From positions 1-64,000 of the forward strand of contig CBDBLV010000003.1 in assembly GCA_965207225.1 (NCBI GenBank): a stretch of DNA of 64,000 nt, written 5' to 3'. Positions 1 through 10,659 of the stretch are shown piece by piece; positions within the stretch are counted from its first letter, which is position 1; every line of letters starts with the position of its first letter. Source of the DNA: Dehalococcoidia bacterium (GTDB taxonomy: Bacteria; Chloroflexota; Dehalococcoidia; Plut-88900). The notes under the pieces are model-generated. The model was not told the DNA's origin. It saw nothing but the letters and a program-made list of their open reading frames with translations, and ran no database searches. A program made the translations under genes and the position numbers.

Positions 1-811
1 AAGGCCCTCTTCGACACGCGGAGAGCGCGGGCCAGGCGCGAGGTCGTGACCAAGGTGTGGCGGGCGCTCACTCTGAGGTGGCGGCGGCCCTCGCAGTAGC
101 GCCCGGCGTTGCCGATGCGGGAGTGAACCCCAGAGCAATTCTCAGGGTGGGGGCATGCGTGGGGTCTTTTCGGCGTCGGAGACCTGCGATAATGACCCCA
201 CTGTTTGGCTTTCTCCAAGGTTTCCGACCATAGAAACCTGGGTGCGTGATCCCTGTTGCACGGGCTTCGCCCAAGAGGGAATGCTGGCAATGCGGAGTTT
301 GACGTTGGTCCTTCGCAACCAGCGCGGGCCGATTCGACGGAGTTGACGCAAGGGCCTCCGTCCCCGGCTCAGTCCGGCGGTTGAAGTTTGACGTTGATCC
401 TTCACCCGCTGGGCATAGGTCTGACGGCTGGGGTTGATCGCCTCATCCGTTGGGCCAAGGAGGACGGGTGCGCATGAGCGCCTCGTCCCCGGCAAACTGG
501 TCGAAGTGCGCCTGTCGCCTCGGCCAGTTCGACACGTCTGCGGGATGGCTGGCACGCGGCTACACCGCAGCTACGACACGCGCCGGTCTGCCGCTCCGAG
601 CAGGCTGGCCGCTTCACGTCTCGCAACTCTTCCCCACTGACCGACTTCACCTTGGGCGAGCTGCGTCTTCTTTCACCCCGGTCTCCCATGCGTTTGCATC
701 GCTGGCGGTCCGGGTGCGTCTTCGGAACGGAGTCAACGGCACACAACACACAAGGGGGTATCGCACATGGACGAATCAAGGGCACAGGACAACGGAGAAG
801 GAGGTACGAGC

Positions 812-1282
812 ATGGCGGAGCAGTACGTCGGACCCAGCGCGGCGCGGATCGCAGACCTGCTGGCGCATCGCGTGAGTTTCCACAACGGGTGGTTCTGGAC
901 CAGCACGGCGGTGTGCCACGGCGGGAAGTCCGACGGGCTGGCGTTTCGGCAGCGACCCGACGGCAACGGCATCGACGTACGGTGCCACACACGGGGCTGC
1001 GGTCGCGGCGTGATAGTCACCGAGCTTGAGGCCCTCACCGGTCTGCCGATCTGGACGGCCTGCGAGCCGGTCAGGGATGCGGCGGTTGGGGCTGAGGCCA
1101 AGAAACCCTGGTGGAAGCGGAAGAAGGTCGTGGTGGCCGGGGTCGTCGCCCTGGTCGTCGCCGCGCCGCTGCTCACCCTCGACCTGGAGCTGTTCTTCCT
1201 GAACCTGTTCGGTCTGGGCATCGGCTGGCTGCTGCTCAGGCGGTTCATGCCCCGTCGTTCGGCGCGGAGGTTCCGTCGCTGA
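812..1282 (+). CDS. hypothetical membrane protein with N-terminal Cys/His (primase Zn-finger-like) domain
   Basis: AAGGAGGT RBS before ATG 812; VCHGG...VRCHTRGC motif; two hydrophobic C-terminal segments. Confidence 0.7.
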   Translation: MAEQYVGPSAARIADLLAHRVSFHNGWFWTSTAVCHGGKSDGLAFRQRPDGNGIDVRCHTRGCGRGVIVTELEALTGLPIWTACEPVRDAAVGAEAKKPWWKRKKVVVAGVVALVVAAPLLTLDLELFFLNLFGLGIGWLLLRRFMPRRSARRFRR

Positions 1283-1317
1283 CGGCTTCGGGCTTCTCAC
1301 AACCCATCACAACACGC

Positions 1318-1354
1318 AGGGGTCGCTCTCTCCGAGGGCGGCCCCTACTTCTTT
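1318..1354 (+). terminator. putative intrinsic terminator
   Basis: AGGGGTCGCTCTC-tcc-GAGGGCGGCCCCT hairpin followed by ACTTCTTT, just after the 1282 stop. Confidence 0.5.
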
Positions 1355-1415
1355 GCCCGAAAGCGGGCGCAACGGATTCAAGGCAACACAAACACAGGCA
1401 CGTAGGAGGTGCACG

Positions 1416-1922
1416 ATGACGACGGCAACGGCAGCAATAGGCAATCGGACGATGGAGACCACAGAGACGATGCGGCCCCGGCGCAGCCTGGAGGAGCTGG
1501 TGGACCGGGTGTTCGCGGCGATGGGATTCACGGGGGAGACGGAGACTCAGCCGGTTGAGCGGAGCGCAACCCGCTCCATCCACGAGGCCCGACGGCTCAG
1601 GCAGGCGGGGGACGTGGACGGGGCGCTGGCGGCGCTGGGCAGTGCGAACGTGGCGCAGGCGACGCCGAGGGAGGCTCGGTGGGCCTTCTCCGAGTGGAAG
1701 CAGATGGTCAGGCGGCGCTTCAGCGGCCGGGGCGCGGTGCTCTACAGCCAGGGCGTAGGCAGAGCCTCAGCGCTGGTTCCCCACGGCGACGGGACGCTGG
1801 AGGTGGCTGCGGTCCTGGGGATGCGCTGGCGGCCCGGCAAGCTGGTCTCGGAGCGCAGCCTCCGGGGCCTCCAGCCTCTCGTATCGAGTACGAGGCAGGC
1901 TCTAGCGAAGGCTTGCCCTTGA
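1416..1922 (+). CDS. hypothetical protein
   Basis: AGGAGGT RBS before ATG 1416; same strand as neighbours; no motif recognised. Confidence 0.65.
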   Translation: MTTATAAIGNRTMETTETMRPRRSLEELVDRVFAAMGFTGETETQPVERSATRSIHEARRLRQAGDVDGALAALGSANVAQATPREARWAFSEWKQMVRRRFSGRGAVLYSQGVGRASALVPHGDGTLEVAAVLGMRWRPGKLVSERSLRGLQPLVSSTRQALAKACP

Positions 1923-2381
1923 CCCGGCTCTCCGCACCCTCCTCGGTCGCATCGGCGGCGCGGTTGTTCTTGCAACCCGGGCGAGGACGCGCTGCCTTCT
2001 TACACCTGCTTGCTTGGGCCGAGTGCGCCGCTAGCTAGCGCTCCCCTCGTTCCGACTCTCCACATCGTTTGCCACGCCGGAGCCTGACCGCTCCGCCCCT
2101 TGCTTGCGGGACCCAGTCCCGCACCACCCATCCACTAACCCACCCAGGAGGAACTATGCCCAACGCACGGCGGGCACTGACATTGCCCGCACACGGCTTC
2201 CCCACGTAGAGCCTGCCCAGTACAGCGACACGGAGGACGCCGCAGCCGGCCATCGGCCACAACGACAACACAAAACCCACGGAGACAGTCCCGGCATTCG
2301 GGACAACCAATTCGAGCGGGACTGTCTCCACCCCACGGGGGTGGTGGGCCGTCCCGCTTCTTCATTGAAAGGAGAAGCGAC

Positions 2382-3539
2382 ATGACGACGGCAACCACGA
2401 CGAGGACCAATAGGACCAAGGGCACGGAAACCACGACGGATGCGGCGGCGACCGCCGAGCGCAGGGGCAGGCCGGAGAGCGAGCTCAGGGCGGCGGCCAG
2501 GAAGCGGGGCCTCACCATGAAGGAGCTCGCGGCCCTGATGGGCGTCAGCGCAAGCCACCTCTCCCAGGTCGGCACGGGCAAGAAGCCCTGGACCCCCAGC
2601 CTGCGGGAGAAGGCGATGGCCGTGCTGGGAGAGGTCCCCGGACAGGGCATCGTCTACCGACAGACCCGCGAGGTAGATGCAGAAAGTACCTTCATCCGGG
2701 AGCGCGCACGCGAGATAGGAATCACCATGCTGGAACTGTCCGACCGGTCGGGGGTGAGCTACGGCTACCTGACGCAGGTGGCCCGTGGCCGCAGGAACAT
2801 GGGACCCAAGGTGCAGGCCAGCATCGAGTCGGTCCTGAACGCTCCGGCCAGGGTCGCCCCCGCACAGTGCGCCAACCGCCAGGGTGACGTGATCGAGAGT
2901 GAGGCCAGCAGCTTCATCCGGGAGACCGCCCGGGCCCTCGGACTAACCATGAGGGAGCTGGCCGAGAAGGTGGGAGTGTCCGCCGGGTACTTGTCGCAGG
3001 TGTCACGCGGCCACAGAAACATGGGGGTGAAGCTCCAGGCCAGGGTCGAGGCCGTGCTTGAGGGACGTGCGAAGGTCGAGTCCGCCCAGTGCCCCGACGT
3101 AGACCGGCAGTTCATCTGGGAGCGGATGGAGGAGCTCGACGTCAGCCAGAACGAGGTGGCGCGCCGGGCGGGCATCAGCTCCGGCCACCTCTCCCAGATC
3201 ATGAACGGCCAGCGCAACCCGTCGGCTACGGTACTCAAGAAGCTGCACGGAGCGCTGTTCCAGCGGACGAAGGCCGATGAGCGGGTGATGCCCGCGGCCT
3301 TGAAGGTGCTGGGCTGGAAGAAGGGGGAGCGCAGCGGCATGGTGGTGCACGGCGCTCGCGGTAGAGACGGCACGGCCAGGGGCGGTGCGGTGCGCGTCGG
3401 CGGGCGCGTGCCCTGGGGAGCCGAGGTGGAGTACGCCTTCCGCGCTGGGTACGACGGCGCAGGGAAGGTGTCCGTGGATCACGTGGTGGCGCCGGGCTAC
3501 TCCGCACTGTTGATGCGGCCGGGGGCGGCGACCGCTTAG
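2382..3539 (+). CDS. transcriptional regulator with four tandem XRE-type HTH domains
   Basis: AAAGGAGA RBS; four repeats of the GLTMxELA..GVS.xyLSQV pattern. Confidence 0.85.
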   Translation: MTTATTTRTNRTKGTETTTDAAATAERRGRPESELRAAARKRGLTMKELAALMGVSASHLSQVGTGKKPWTPSLREKAMAVLGEVPGQGIVYRQTREVDAESTFIRERAREIGITMLELSDRSGVSYGYLTQVARGRRNMGPKVQASIESVLNAPARVAPAQCANRQGDVIESEASSFIRETARALGLTMRELAEKVGVSAGYLSQVSRGHRNMGVKLQARVEAVLEGRAKVESAQCPDVDRQFIWERMEELDVSQNEVARRAGISSGHLSQIMNGQRNPSATVLKKLHGALFQRTKADERVMPAALKVLGWKKGERSGMVVHGARGRDGTARGGAVRVGGRVPWGAEVEYAFRAGYDGAGKVSVDHVVAPGYSALLMRPGAATA

Positions 3540-3544
3540 GTACA

Positions 3545-3583
3545 AGAGAGGGAGGCTATCCGAATTGGATGGCCTCCCTCTCT
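3545..3583. terminator. hairpin between convergent genes, probable bidirectional terminator
   Basis: AGAGAGGGAGGCTATCC-gaatt-GGATGGCCTCCCTCTCT 17-bp stem with one G-U pair. Confidence 0.65.
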
Positions 3584-3713
3584 ACCGGCATGTATCCCGC
3601 TCTCTTTGCGTTTCACCAAGTCCGCATCAGCACCGGCGCGTTGGCGTCCAATGGTCGGCAGCCGAACTGCCGCCTTCAGCCCATGGCCCCGTGGGGACGC
3701 CGGCCGGTTGCTT

Positions 3714-6700
3714 CTAGTCAATGATGGTGATGGTGAGCTCGGTGGGCTCCTCGACGGTGTAGCCTGGGCCGTTCAACACCCGGAGGATAACCGTCTCGCC
3801 GCCTTCCCGCTCCTGGTCTCGTATCGGGTCGAACGTGAACCTGGCCCAACGGAGGCCCGCTTCCCTGTCGGAGTCGTGGGGGGACTCAAGGGACCGGACC
3901 GTGAAGGTGTCGCCCACCTTCTCGATCTGACCCTGTATGCGGAACAAGCGGAAGTCCTCGTCCAGGGTCGCCGTTCCGCCGACGTACTGGAAGATCACAT
4001 CCCCCGCGAAGTTCCCGGTCACGTACCACGTCGGGATCCGCGTATGGCCTTCGTAGACTTCAAGTTGTGTCGAGCCCTGCCCGTGGGCATGGGGATGGTC
4101 GCGACTGGCCACCGGGGTGTTCACGTCCGCGTCGTTGTCCACGATGGTCAGCGTGTACTCCGTGGGCTTGTCCTGCGACAGGGAGTACCCCGTGCCGGGC
4201 TCCAGAGTCAGGACGACCACCTCGTCGGCCTCGTTGAGGTTGTCGTCGGTGATGGTCACCGTAATCTCGGTTTCAAGCGTCCCCGCCGGAATCGTAACGC
4301 TGCCGGGAATGGCGCTGTGGTCATCGGTGTTGTCAGAGCCGATATTGGGCGGGAAGCTGACGCTGACGTCCACTGTCACCGGATTGTCCGTCTGCCCGTC
4401 CAGCCTGACCAGCACCACGTGCGTGCCGGCGCCCTCGCCCGGCTCGCCCGAGGCCGTCGTGAAGAATACCTCCGGCGCGTCGTCGTCCAGGATGGTCAGC
4501 TCGTAGATGTTCGCCGACGTATCGAGGGCGTAGCCGTCGCCGCCGGTCAACGTCAGCGTCAGAGTCTCGTCGCCCTCGGCGTCTGAGTCGTTGACGATGG
4601 TTATCGGCACGAAGACCTGGTTCCGCCCGCGCGGGACCGTGACCGTCCCGGAGTTGCTGATGGTGAAGTCGTCGCCCGGGCCGTGCTGGCCGTGCACTCC
4701 CTCCGTGGACGTGCCACCAACGGTGTAGCCGATGGTGAGATCCTCGTGGGGCGCCGGGTCCAGGGTGATGACCGCCCGGTGCGTGCGGCCCGTCTCACTC
4801 ACGCTGGCCTCCGCCGTCTCAAAGGCGACCATAGGCAGGTTGTTGTCCGTGATGGTCAGCGTATGCACGCTTTCTTCGCCCACGTTGTTTCCCGAGCCGA
4901 CCCGCAGCGTCAGCTCCACCGTCTCGTCCGGCTCGCTTTCGCCGTTGTGGATGATCTCCACCAGAATGTCAACACTGGTAGCGCCTTCCGAAACCCGCAT
5001 CGTGTTGGGGACGCGGTAGTCCCGGTTGCGCGTGGCCGTGCTTCTCACGTCATAGCTCAGGGTCAGGCCGCCCGCGGGCGCGGCAGGGCGGAGATTGACC
5101 TGCACGGGGTGCGGGGTGTCCGCCTCGACGACGGTGGATTCAGCGGAGGCAAACTCCGCCCGCGGCCGGTCGTCGTCCAGGATGGTCAGCGTGTGCGTCC
5201 GAGTCGTCCCGACGGTGTAGTCCGAGCCGTTCCCCAGCGTCAGCACCACCGTCTCGTCGCGCTCGGAGTCGCCGTCGGGGTTGATGGTTACCGGGATGCC
5301 GACGCTGGTGATCCCGGCGGAGACCGTCACCGACCCGGAAGAGCCGGTTAAGCCTTCGATGCTGTAGTCAGTGCCCCGCGTGGCCGTGCCGCCGCCAAGG
5401 GTGTAGTTTATGGTCACGTCCTCGGTGGGCGCCGGGACCAGGTTGACGGTGACGCCCACGCTCCCGTCGGACTCGCCAACCTCGCTATCGGCCCGGGCGA
5501 ACTGCGCCCCGGGGCCGTCGTTGTCGGTGATGGTCAGCGTGTAGCGGGACGGAGTTCCCACGTCGTAGTTCTCTCCCGCGCGCAGGTAGATGTCCACCCA
5601 CTCATCATCCTCGCTCGTGCCGTCGTCGCTCAGCCGCACCCGGATGGGAACGCTGCTTTGCCCGGGCCCGACCCAGACCGACCCAAAGCCGTTGCTCAGG
5701 CCGCCGATCGTGAAATCCTCGCCGGCCTCGGCGACGCCCCCGATCTGGTAGTTGATGTTGGTGGCGGCATGGGGCGCCGGAACCAGGTTGACCACCACGT
5801 TGTGCGTGCCGTCCCCCTCGCTCACGGTGGCCGTGGCCGGGTCGTCGGCGAAGAACACCGCGGGATTGTCGTCGTCCCTCACCACGACGCTGGCCGACCG
5901 GGCCGAAGACGCCGTGTAGCCCTCGCCGTTGTTCAGGGTGACGAATACCTCCCCGTCGGCGTCGTCGGTATCGTTCCCCACGGTGAGGACGGTTATGGTG
6001 GCGCGGCCGCTGTTGCCTATGGTTGCATGCTTCTGGCCCAACTCTCTGTCGGCTACGTAGTCGCCACGCTGGATCACCGTGTAGCCAAAGGTGAGACTGT
6101 CTCCGGCGGCGGGGGCCGGGGAGGCGCTGACCGTGAATTGGGCGGCGTCGCCCTCGTCGACTGGATCGCCTCCCTGCACCGACAGCCGCGGCTGGTCCGG
6201 GCTGTCGCCGGTCGCCATCACCGGCCCCGCCCAGTAGCCGGGAACTTTATGAGTATTCACTGCCCGCACGTAGTAGCACGTGAGCTCGCCCTCCTTCGCA
6301 CGGCGGTCCGCGTACGTCGTTCCCGTGAGCCGCTCTCCCGCTTGGTCCGTACTCGGCGCCTGGCAGGCTCCACCATTCGGCCGCTCCGTGAACACCTCGT
6401 AGCGGGACACAGGGAAGCCGTTCACCGACTCAAGCTCGGCCCACCACACGAGGGCGGTCGTGAATGGAACGGTGTAGAACTGCGCTTGCAGGTCCTGTGG
6501 CGTTCCCGGCACTGGCCCGCCGGCTCCGGCCCGGGCAGCGATGTGAGCGCTGTTGTTCTCATCGATGTAGTCGAAGTAGGCGGTGGAGTGGACCGTGCCG
6601 TCGATGGTAACCGAGTAGGGCTCGGTGCTTTCGATGCTGGCCTCAATGCCCGACGTGGACGCGCCGTCCGGGGCGATCAGGGTCAGCGTGGGGAAGGGCA

Positions 6701-8525
6701 TCTTGCCGATGGAGGTCCTGCCAGAGGAAACGGACATCTTTCCGATGGTCCAGGTGGCTTCGCAGAATCCGTCTACGCAGTCGCCCTGCGCGTACCTTCC
6801 ATCGCTGCCGCTGACGTCTTCGTCGTCCACGCGCTTGGTGCTGCCACTGACGATGGCCTCCGCGCCCTGGGGTACGCCTGTGAGGGTTACCCGCACGGCC
6901 CCAGCCGCGTCTGGTCCGTTGTTGGCCGCGAGGATGGTGTAGGCTTGCTGGTCCGGCGCCGCCAGTGGGCTGCGACCGCCGTCCCGCACCGCAAGCTCCG
7001 CTATCGGCCCCACGTGGAAGGTGTAGACGCCGCTGTCGGTGTACGCCGTCCCCGACTTGGTAGCCCCAACGGTTATCTTTACCTTATATGTGCCCAAAGT
7101 GCCGAAAACTACTAATGCGGGAATTGGTTCATTAAGGTTGTACGGTCCCGCGGACAGCATTGTGTCGGCGTCCAAGATGGTAATGTTTCCTTCGTTGCCG
7201 GCCACAACTGTAAATTTGCCGGGCCGTTGTTTTGGCACCACGTCGCTAATTGCAAAAGTGTATGCGTTGTACCCGCTATCAATGACTTCGAAGATGACAC
7301 CAACACCAGGGATCGAAGGAACAGAAGCAAGGTGCCTTGCCGTCTTGCCGGTGCTCCATCCCGCCTCAACCCTTCCCTGGACGTCCCTGACTTGGACAAT
7401 GACATCTTCAGGCTGCCAGAATGCCGCTTCATGCTTTGCCACCAATTCCAGTGTGTCATCGCTGGTGCAGGGGTAAGATGTGCGGCCAACGCAGGAAACG
7501 TACTTGAAAACAGCAATATCGCCCTCGTTCAATATCGGATCTTCGCCCAGGCACTCGGTGGAGAAGTCGTTCACCAGCACCCCCGGGTCCAGCTCGAAGT
7601 CGGGTGTGGAGCTCACCACCGTCGCCGTCAGGCACCGCTGCTCCAAGGGAACGTTATCCGCGGCGAGGAGTACCGGCAAAGACATTGTCGTACCACTATT
7701 TGCGCCACTAATTAACCCCACATTCCAGATACCGCTTTCGGCGTCAAAGGATGTGCCGGTCGGCGCAGTCCATCCGGGAGCTAAAGACAACCCCGGCGAA
7801 AGATCGATCTTGATCTTCACATCCCATACTTTGTCAATCTGCTTGCTTGGTACTATTAGAACTCTTGGGTCTGGGTCAATGTAGGGTACATTAGCCGCAC
7901 GAACATCAAACGTGGTCTGCGTCTGCGTACCTAACGCTGGAACCCTGTTGTTAAGGCTGTGAACTCTTACGCCTACTTCTGCACCTGGCCATGCAAAAAG
8001 ATAAGCATTCGCTTTCCTAATATACCAATCCTCGGTTTCAATACTCCCTTGGCTGCCTGCTTCGCTGGCGAGGTAACGATGTGAAACCAATTCAGCGTGC
8101 AGGCGGACTGGTGTATCCTGATTGAATCGAGGAAAGAATGCTGCGGGCTGAATGATCACGTCAGCGGTGCCCCCCGGCGGTATAAAGGGGATGACCCACT
8201 CTCCAGCGTCCCTGTCAATGTACCCGGCTGAAGGGTTGCTAACAGTTGTGTGCTGCTTGTACTCCTGACCATTGGCCGTGGCGGTAATGCGAACGACTAC
8301 ATCATAAGCCGCCGCCGGTGGGTGACCGGGGACTGGATCGTTGCGCACGAAGAGCTCCCACCAGACATTTGAGGTTCCTCTTGGCTTCGGCAGACTGTCC
8401 AGGGAGATGCTGCTCGCCGGGGGCGAGGGGGCAGCAAAAGCGGGCTCGGCAGCGCTGGTCGCCATCGCGACCAGCGCTGCAAACAGGCACAGCGTTACAA
8501 GCCTAAGGGCCACAGCAACCGCCAT
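3714..8525 (-). CDS. large secreted surface protein with FN3-like and multiple Calx-beta domains
   Basis: signal peptide; repeated TAT.G.DY / I.DD...E.DETV.LTL / LTI.DDD Calx-beta motifs; YYVRAVN FN3-like motif. Confidence 0.85.
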   Translation of the reverse strand: MAVAVALRLVTLCLFAALVAMATSAAEPAFAAPSPPASSISLDSLPKPRGTSNVWWELFVRNDPVPGHPPAAAYDVVVRITATANGQEYKQHTTVSNPSAGYIDRDAGEWVIPFIPPGGTADVIIQPAAFFPRFNQDTPVRLHAELVSHRYLASEAGSQGSIETEDWYIRKANAYLFAWPGAEVGVRVHSLNNRVPALGTQTQTTFDVRAANVPYIDPDPRVLIVPSKQIDKVWDVKIKIDLSPGLSLAPGWTAPTGTSFDAESGIWNVGLISGANSGTTMSLPVLLAADNVPLEQRCLTATVVSSTPDFELDPGVLVNDFSTECLGEDPILNEGDIAVFKYVSCVGRTSYPCTSDDTLELVAKHEAAFWQPEDVIVQVRDVQGRVEAGWSTGKTARHLASVPSIPGVGVIFEVIDSGYNAYTFAISDVVPKQRPGKFTVVAGNEGNITILDADTMLSAGPYNLNEPIPALVVFGTLGTYKVKITVGATKSGTAYTDSGVYTFHVGPIAELAVRDGGRSPLAAPDQQAYTILAANNGPDAAGAVRVTLTGVPQGAEAIVSGSTKRVDDEDVSGSDGRYAQGDCVDGFCEATWTIGKMSVSSGRTSIGKMPFPTLTLIAPDGASTSGIEASIESTEPYSVTIDGTVHSTAYFDYIDENNSAHIAARAGAGGPVPGTPQDLQAQFYTVPFTTALVWWAELESVNGFPVSRYEVFTERPNGGACQAPSTDQAGERLTGTTYADRRAKEGELTCYYVRAVNTHKVPGYWAGPVMATGDSPDQPRLSVQGGDPVDEGDAAQFTVSASPAPAAGDSLTFGYTVIQRGDYVADRELGQKHATIGNSGRATITVLTVGNDTDDADGEVFVTLNNGEGYTASSARSASVVVRDDDNPAVFFADDPATATVSEGDGTHNVVVNLVPAPHAATNINYQIGGVAEAGEDFTIGGLSNGFGSVWVGPGQSSVPIRVRLSDDGTSEDDEWVDIYLRAGENYDVGTPSRYTLTITDNDGPGAQFARADSEVGESDGSVGVTVNLVPAPTEDVTINYTLGGGTATRGTDYSIEGLTGSSGSVTVSAGITSVGIPVTINPDGDSERDETVVLTLGNGSDYTVGTTRTHTLTILDDDRPRAEFASAESTVVEADTPHPVQVNLRPAAPAGGLTLSYDVRSTATRNRDYRVPNTMRVSEGATSVDILVEIIHNGESEPDETVELTLRVGSGNNVGEESVHTLTITDNNLPMVAFETAEASVSETGRTHRAVITLDPAPHEDLTIGYTVGGTSTEGVHGQHGPGDDFTISNSGTVTVPRGRNQVFVPITIVNDSDAEGDETLTLTLTGGDGYALDTSANIYELTILDDDAPEVFFTTASGEPGEGAGTHVVLVRLDGQTDNPVTVDVSVSFPPNIGSDNTDDHSAIPGSVTIPAGTLETEITVTITDDNLNEADEVVVLTLEPGTGYSLSQDKPTEYTLTIVDNDADVNTPVASRDHPHAHGQGSTQLEVYEGHTRIPTWYVTGNFAGDVIFQYVGGTATLDEDFRLFRIQGQIEKVGDTFTVRSLESPHDSDREAGLRWARFTFDPIRDQEREGGETVILRVLNGPGYTVEEPTELTITIID

Positions 8526-8531
8526 CCGATA

Positions 8532-10166
8532 CTACGGGTTGCCCCAGGTGACGGTGACATTCTCGGCGTGAATGACACGTCGGTTCGAGCCATCATCATC
8601 AACGTCGTAAGTGGCACTGAAGGTGAAAGTTTCCGTTAGGGCGCTATTTCGGGTGGTGGTGTACACAATGGCGTTGTTGGTGGTAACCCGCCCAGTGAGG
8701 GTATCGGAATTCGACAGACTGTCGAAATCATACAGATACTCTCCCACTTCTTCGAAGTGTTGGAACACCGCCCTAAAGGTCACCGTGTCACCCACCGCCG
8801 GGCTGGCATTATCGACTGCAAGGCTCACGGTGGGGGCGACGTCGTCCAAACTGATCCGCACCACCAGGGTGTCGTCTACGGTGGGGTCGGGATTGCTCTC
8901 GTGGTCGATCTTGTTTGTCACTCCCAAGGTGAGGTCATAGGTGGCCTTGGTCTCGTAGTCCAGGCTGGCCCCCTCGGCCACCTTGATTTGGACGCCGTAG
9001 GGGTCCGCGTCGGTCGTGGCCGTTGCTACGAAGTTTTCGTGGCCGACGCCGGAGAGGCTGTACCCCAGATCACTCGCTTCCGAGTAGACCAGGAACGGGT
9101 CGCCGACGTTGGTCCCGGCCGGGGAGTTTTCCGGCACACTGCGGCTGACGCCCAATAGTGGCGGCTCCACCTCGACGAGAGTCCCCACTTGGATGACGTA
9201 CTTTTTCACCTCGCCGGCCTCGGTGACGTTTGCACTGATCGCCTTCCAGTTCTCGTCGTAACCCTCGTCAGTAGGTTCCTTAGGATTCTTTTGGCGCACG
9301 TACCCCACGGGTTGAGCAGATATTTCGTAGGTCCCGGGCTTGGTGAAGACCCACTGTAGGTCATTGATGAGTTCGCCGGGCGCCATCTCCATGGATGCGA
9401 TGCCTGCCTCAGCGCTGTCCCAGACCTTGGTCGCGCCGGGCACACCCGACTGGCGCGCCCGGTAGGCGAGGAGGTGGGGATGCTCGCTCGGGGCAATGCC
9501 GGGGTTGCGCAAGAGCCTGAACTCGTAGCTAATCTTGGTCCAGTACTTCTTGTCGAATCGGTGCGTCGAGAATCCGAGGGTGAGGTCGGATTTCTGGTTC
9601 CCGCTGAGGTCCGGGTCGTCCAGCCGCAGCCACCAGACCTTTTCACCAACATTGGCGTGGTCACGAACCCCTGGGTACTGGTCCAAACGCAAATGGTGGG
9701 TGCTGAAATCATCCGGATTGCCCTCCACCACAGTCGCCTGACGCGAGTTCTCGACGTGGATTATGAGCTCGTCGATGTCGACGCCGGAGTCGGTCAGGGT
9801 GGTTACGGTTTGGAGGTCTTGCGTTTCGGTGGTCAACAGCGGCGGGCACTCGTTGGTGTGCAGGATGCCGGTGTTGTCAGGGGTTTGGTCAGGGTCCAGC
9901 CCTGGGGTCTGCGCCTGATCCGGCCCCGTATCCTCCCAGTAGGCGTCAAAGAGTGCGTAGTGGCCGGTGGTCTTCTCGTGCGGTTCGGCCTGGAATGCAG
10001 TGGATGCGCCTTGGCCGAACCCACAAGGCTGCGGGTCGTCGTAGGTGTTGTCCGGGCTTTGCGCCGAGGTGGGGGTGACCAACAGGGCGGCCACCGCTAC
10101 TAGGGCCAGCGCCAAGACGACGCCGAAGAGTTTCAGGGGCATTGATGCGTTGGTAAAGCTGTTCAT
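8532..10166 (-). CDS. secreted protein with choice-of-anchor M-like and cadherin-like domains
   Basis: signal peptide; WVFTKPGTYEI motif; VPENSPAGTNVG...LDYETKATYDLTL cadherin motif. Confidence 0.75.
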   Translation of the reverse strand: MNSFTNASMPLKLFGVVLALALVAVAALLVTPTSAQSPDNTYDDPQPCGFGQGASTAFQAEPHEKTTGHYALFDAYWEDTGPDQAQTPGLDPDQTPDNTGILHTNECPPLLTTETQDLQTVTTLTDSGVDIDELIIHVENSRQATVVEGNPDDFSTHHLRLDQYPGVRDHANVGEKVWWLRLDDPDLSGNQKSDLTLGFSTHRFDKKYWTKISYEFRLLRNPGIAPSEHPHLLAYRARQSGVPGATKVWDSAEAGIASMEMAPGELINDLQWVFTKPGTYEISAQPVGYVRQKNPKEPTDEGYDENWKAISANVTEAGEVKKYVIQVGTLVEVEPPLLGVSRSVPENSPAGTNVGDPFLVYSEASDLGYSLSGVGHENFVATATTDADPYGVQIKVAEGASLDYETKATYDLTLGVTNKIDHESNPDPTVDDTLVVRISLDDVAPTVSLAVDNASPAVGDTVTFRAVFQHFEEVGEYLYDFDSLSNSDTLTGRVTTNNAIVYTTTRNSALTETFTFSATYDVDDDGSNRRVIHAENVTVTWGNP

Positions 10167-10659
10167 CGATTCTCCTAGCTTCCTTGCTTTCGAAATCTAG
10201 ATCGAGTTGGTTCGTTGTTCTTTGCCTCGCGCCCAAGACGGGTGCGTGTTTCTACACTGGTTTTGCTCCGTGCGGGACGACTGATATCACAATCGTCAGC
10301 TATCGTTTCCGCCATCGTGTTGAGTCTTAGTATCATTGTTCCCTGTCGTCGCCAACCGTGGAGTACGTTCGGATCATTGGTATTGAGCTTCGTATGCGTC
10401 CAATTGACGAGGTACGGTCTCGACACGGACAGTGGGCAAGGCCACCATTACGTTGATAATTGAGATATAGTATCATTACTATCCACCTATTACCTTAAAC
10501 CACCGAAACGGATGTTGTCAATAGCGCCGACCAAGAAAAGGCAGCGTTTCCATTGATGATCAGCAGCCATCAGGAGTATGATGAGGGCAGAACGGTCTTG
10601 AGCACACATAGGACGCTGAGAGTTGCCCGAAGGCCGTAGCCATGTCAGAGGGGAGCGTC

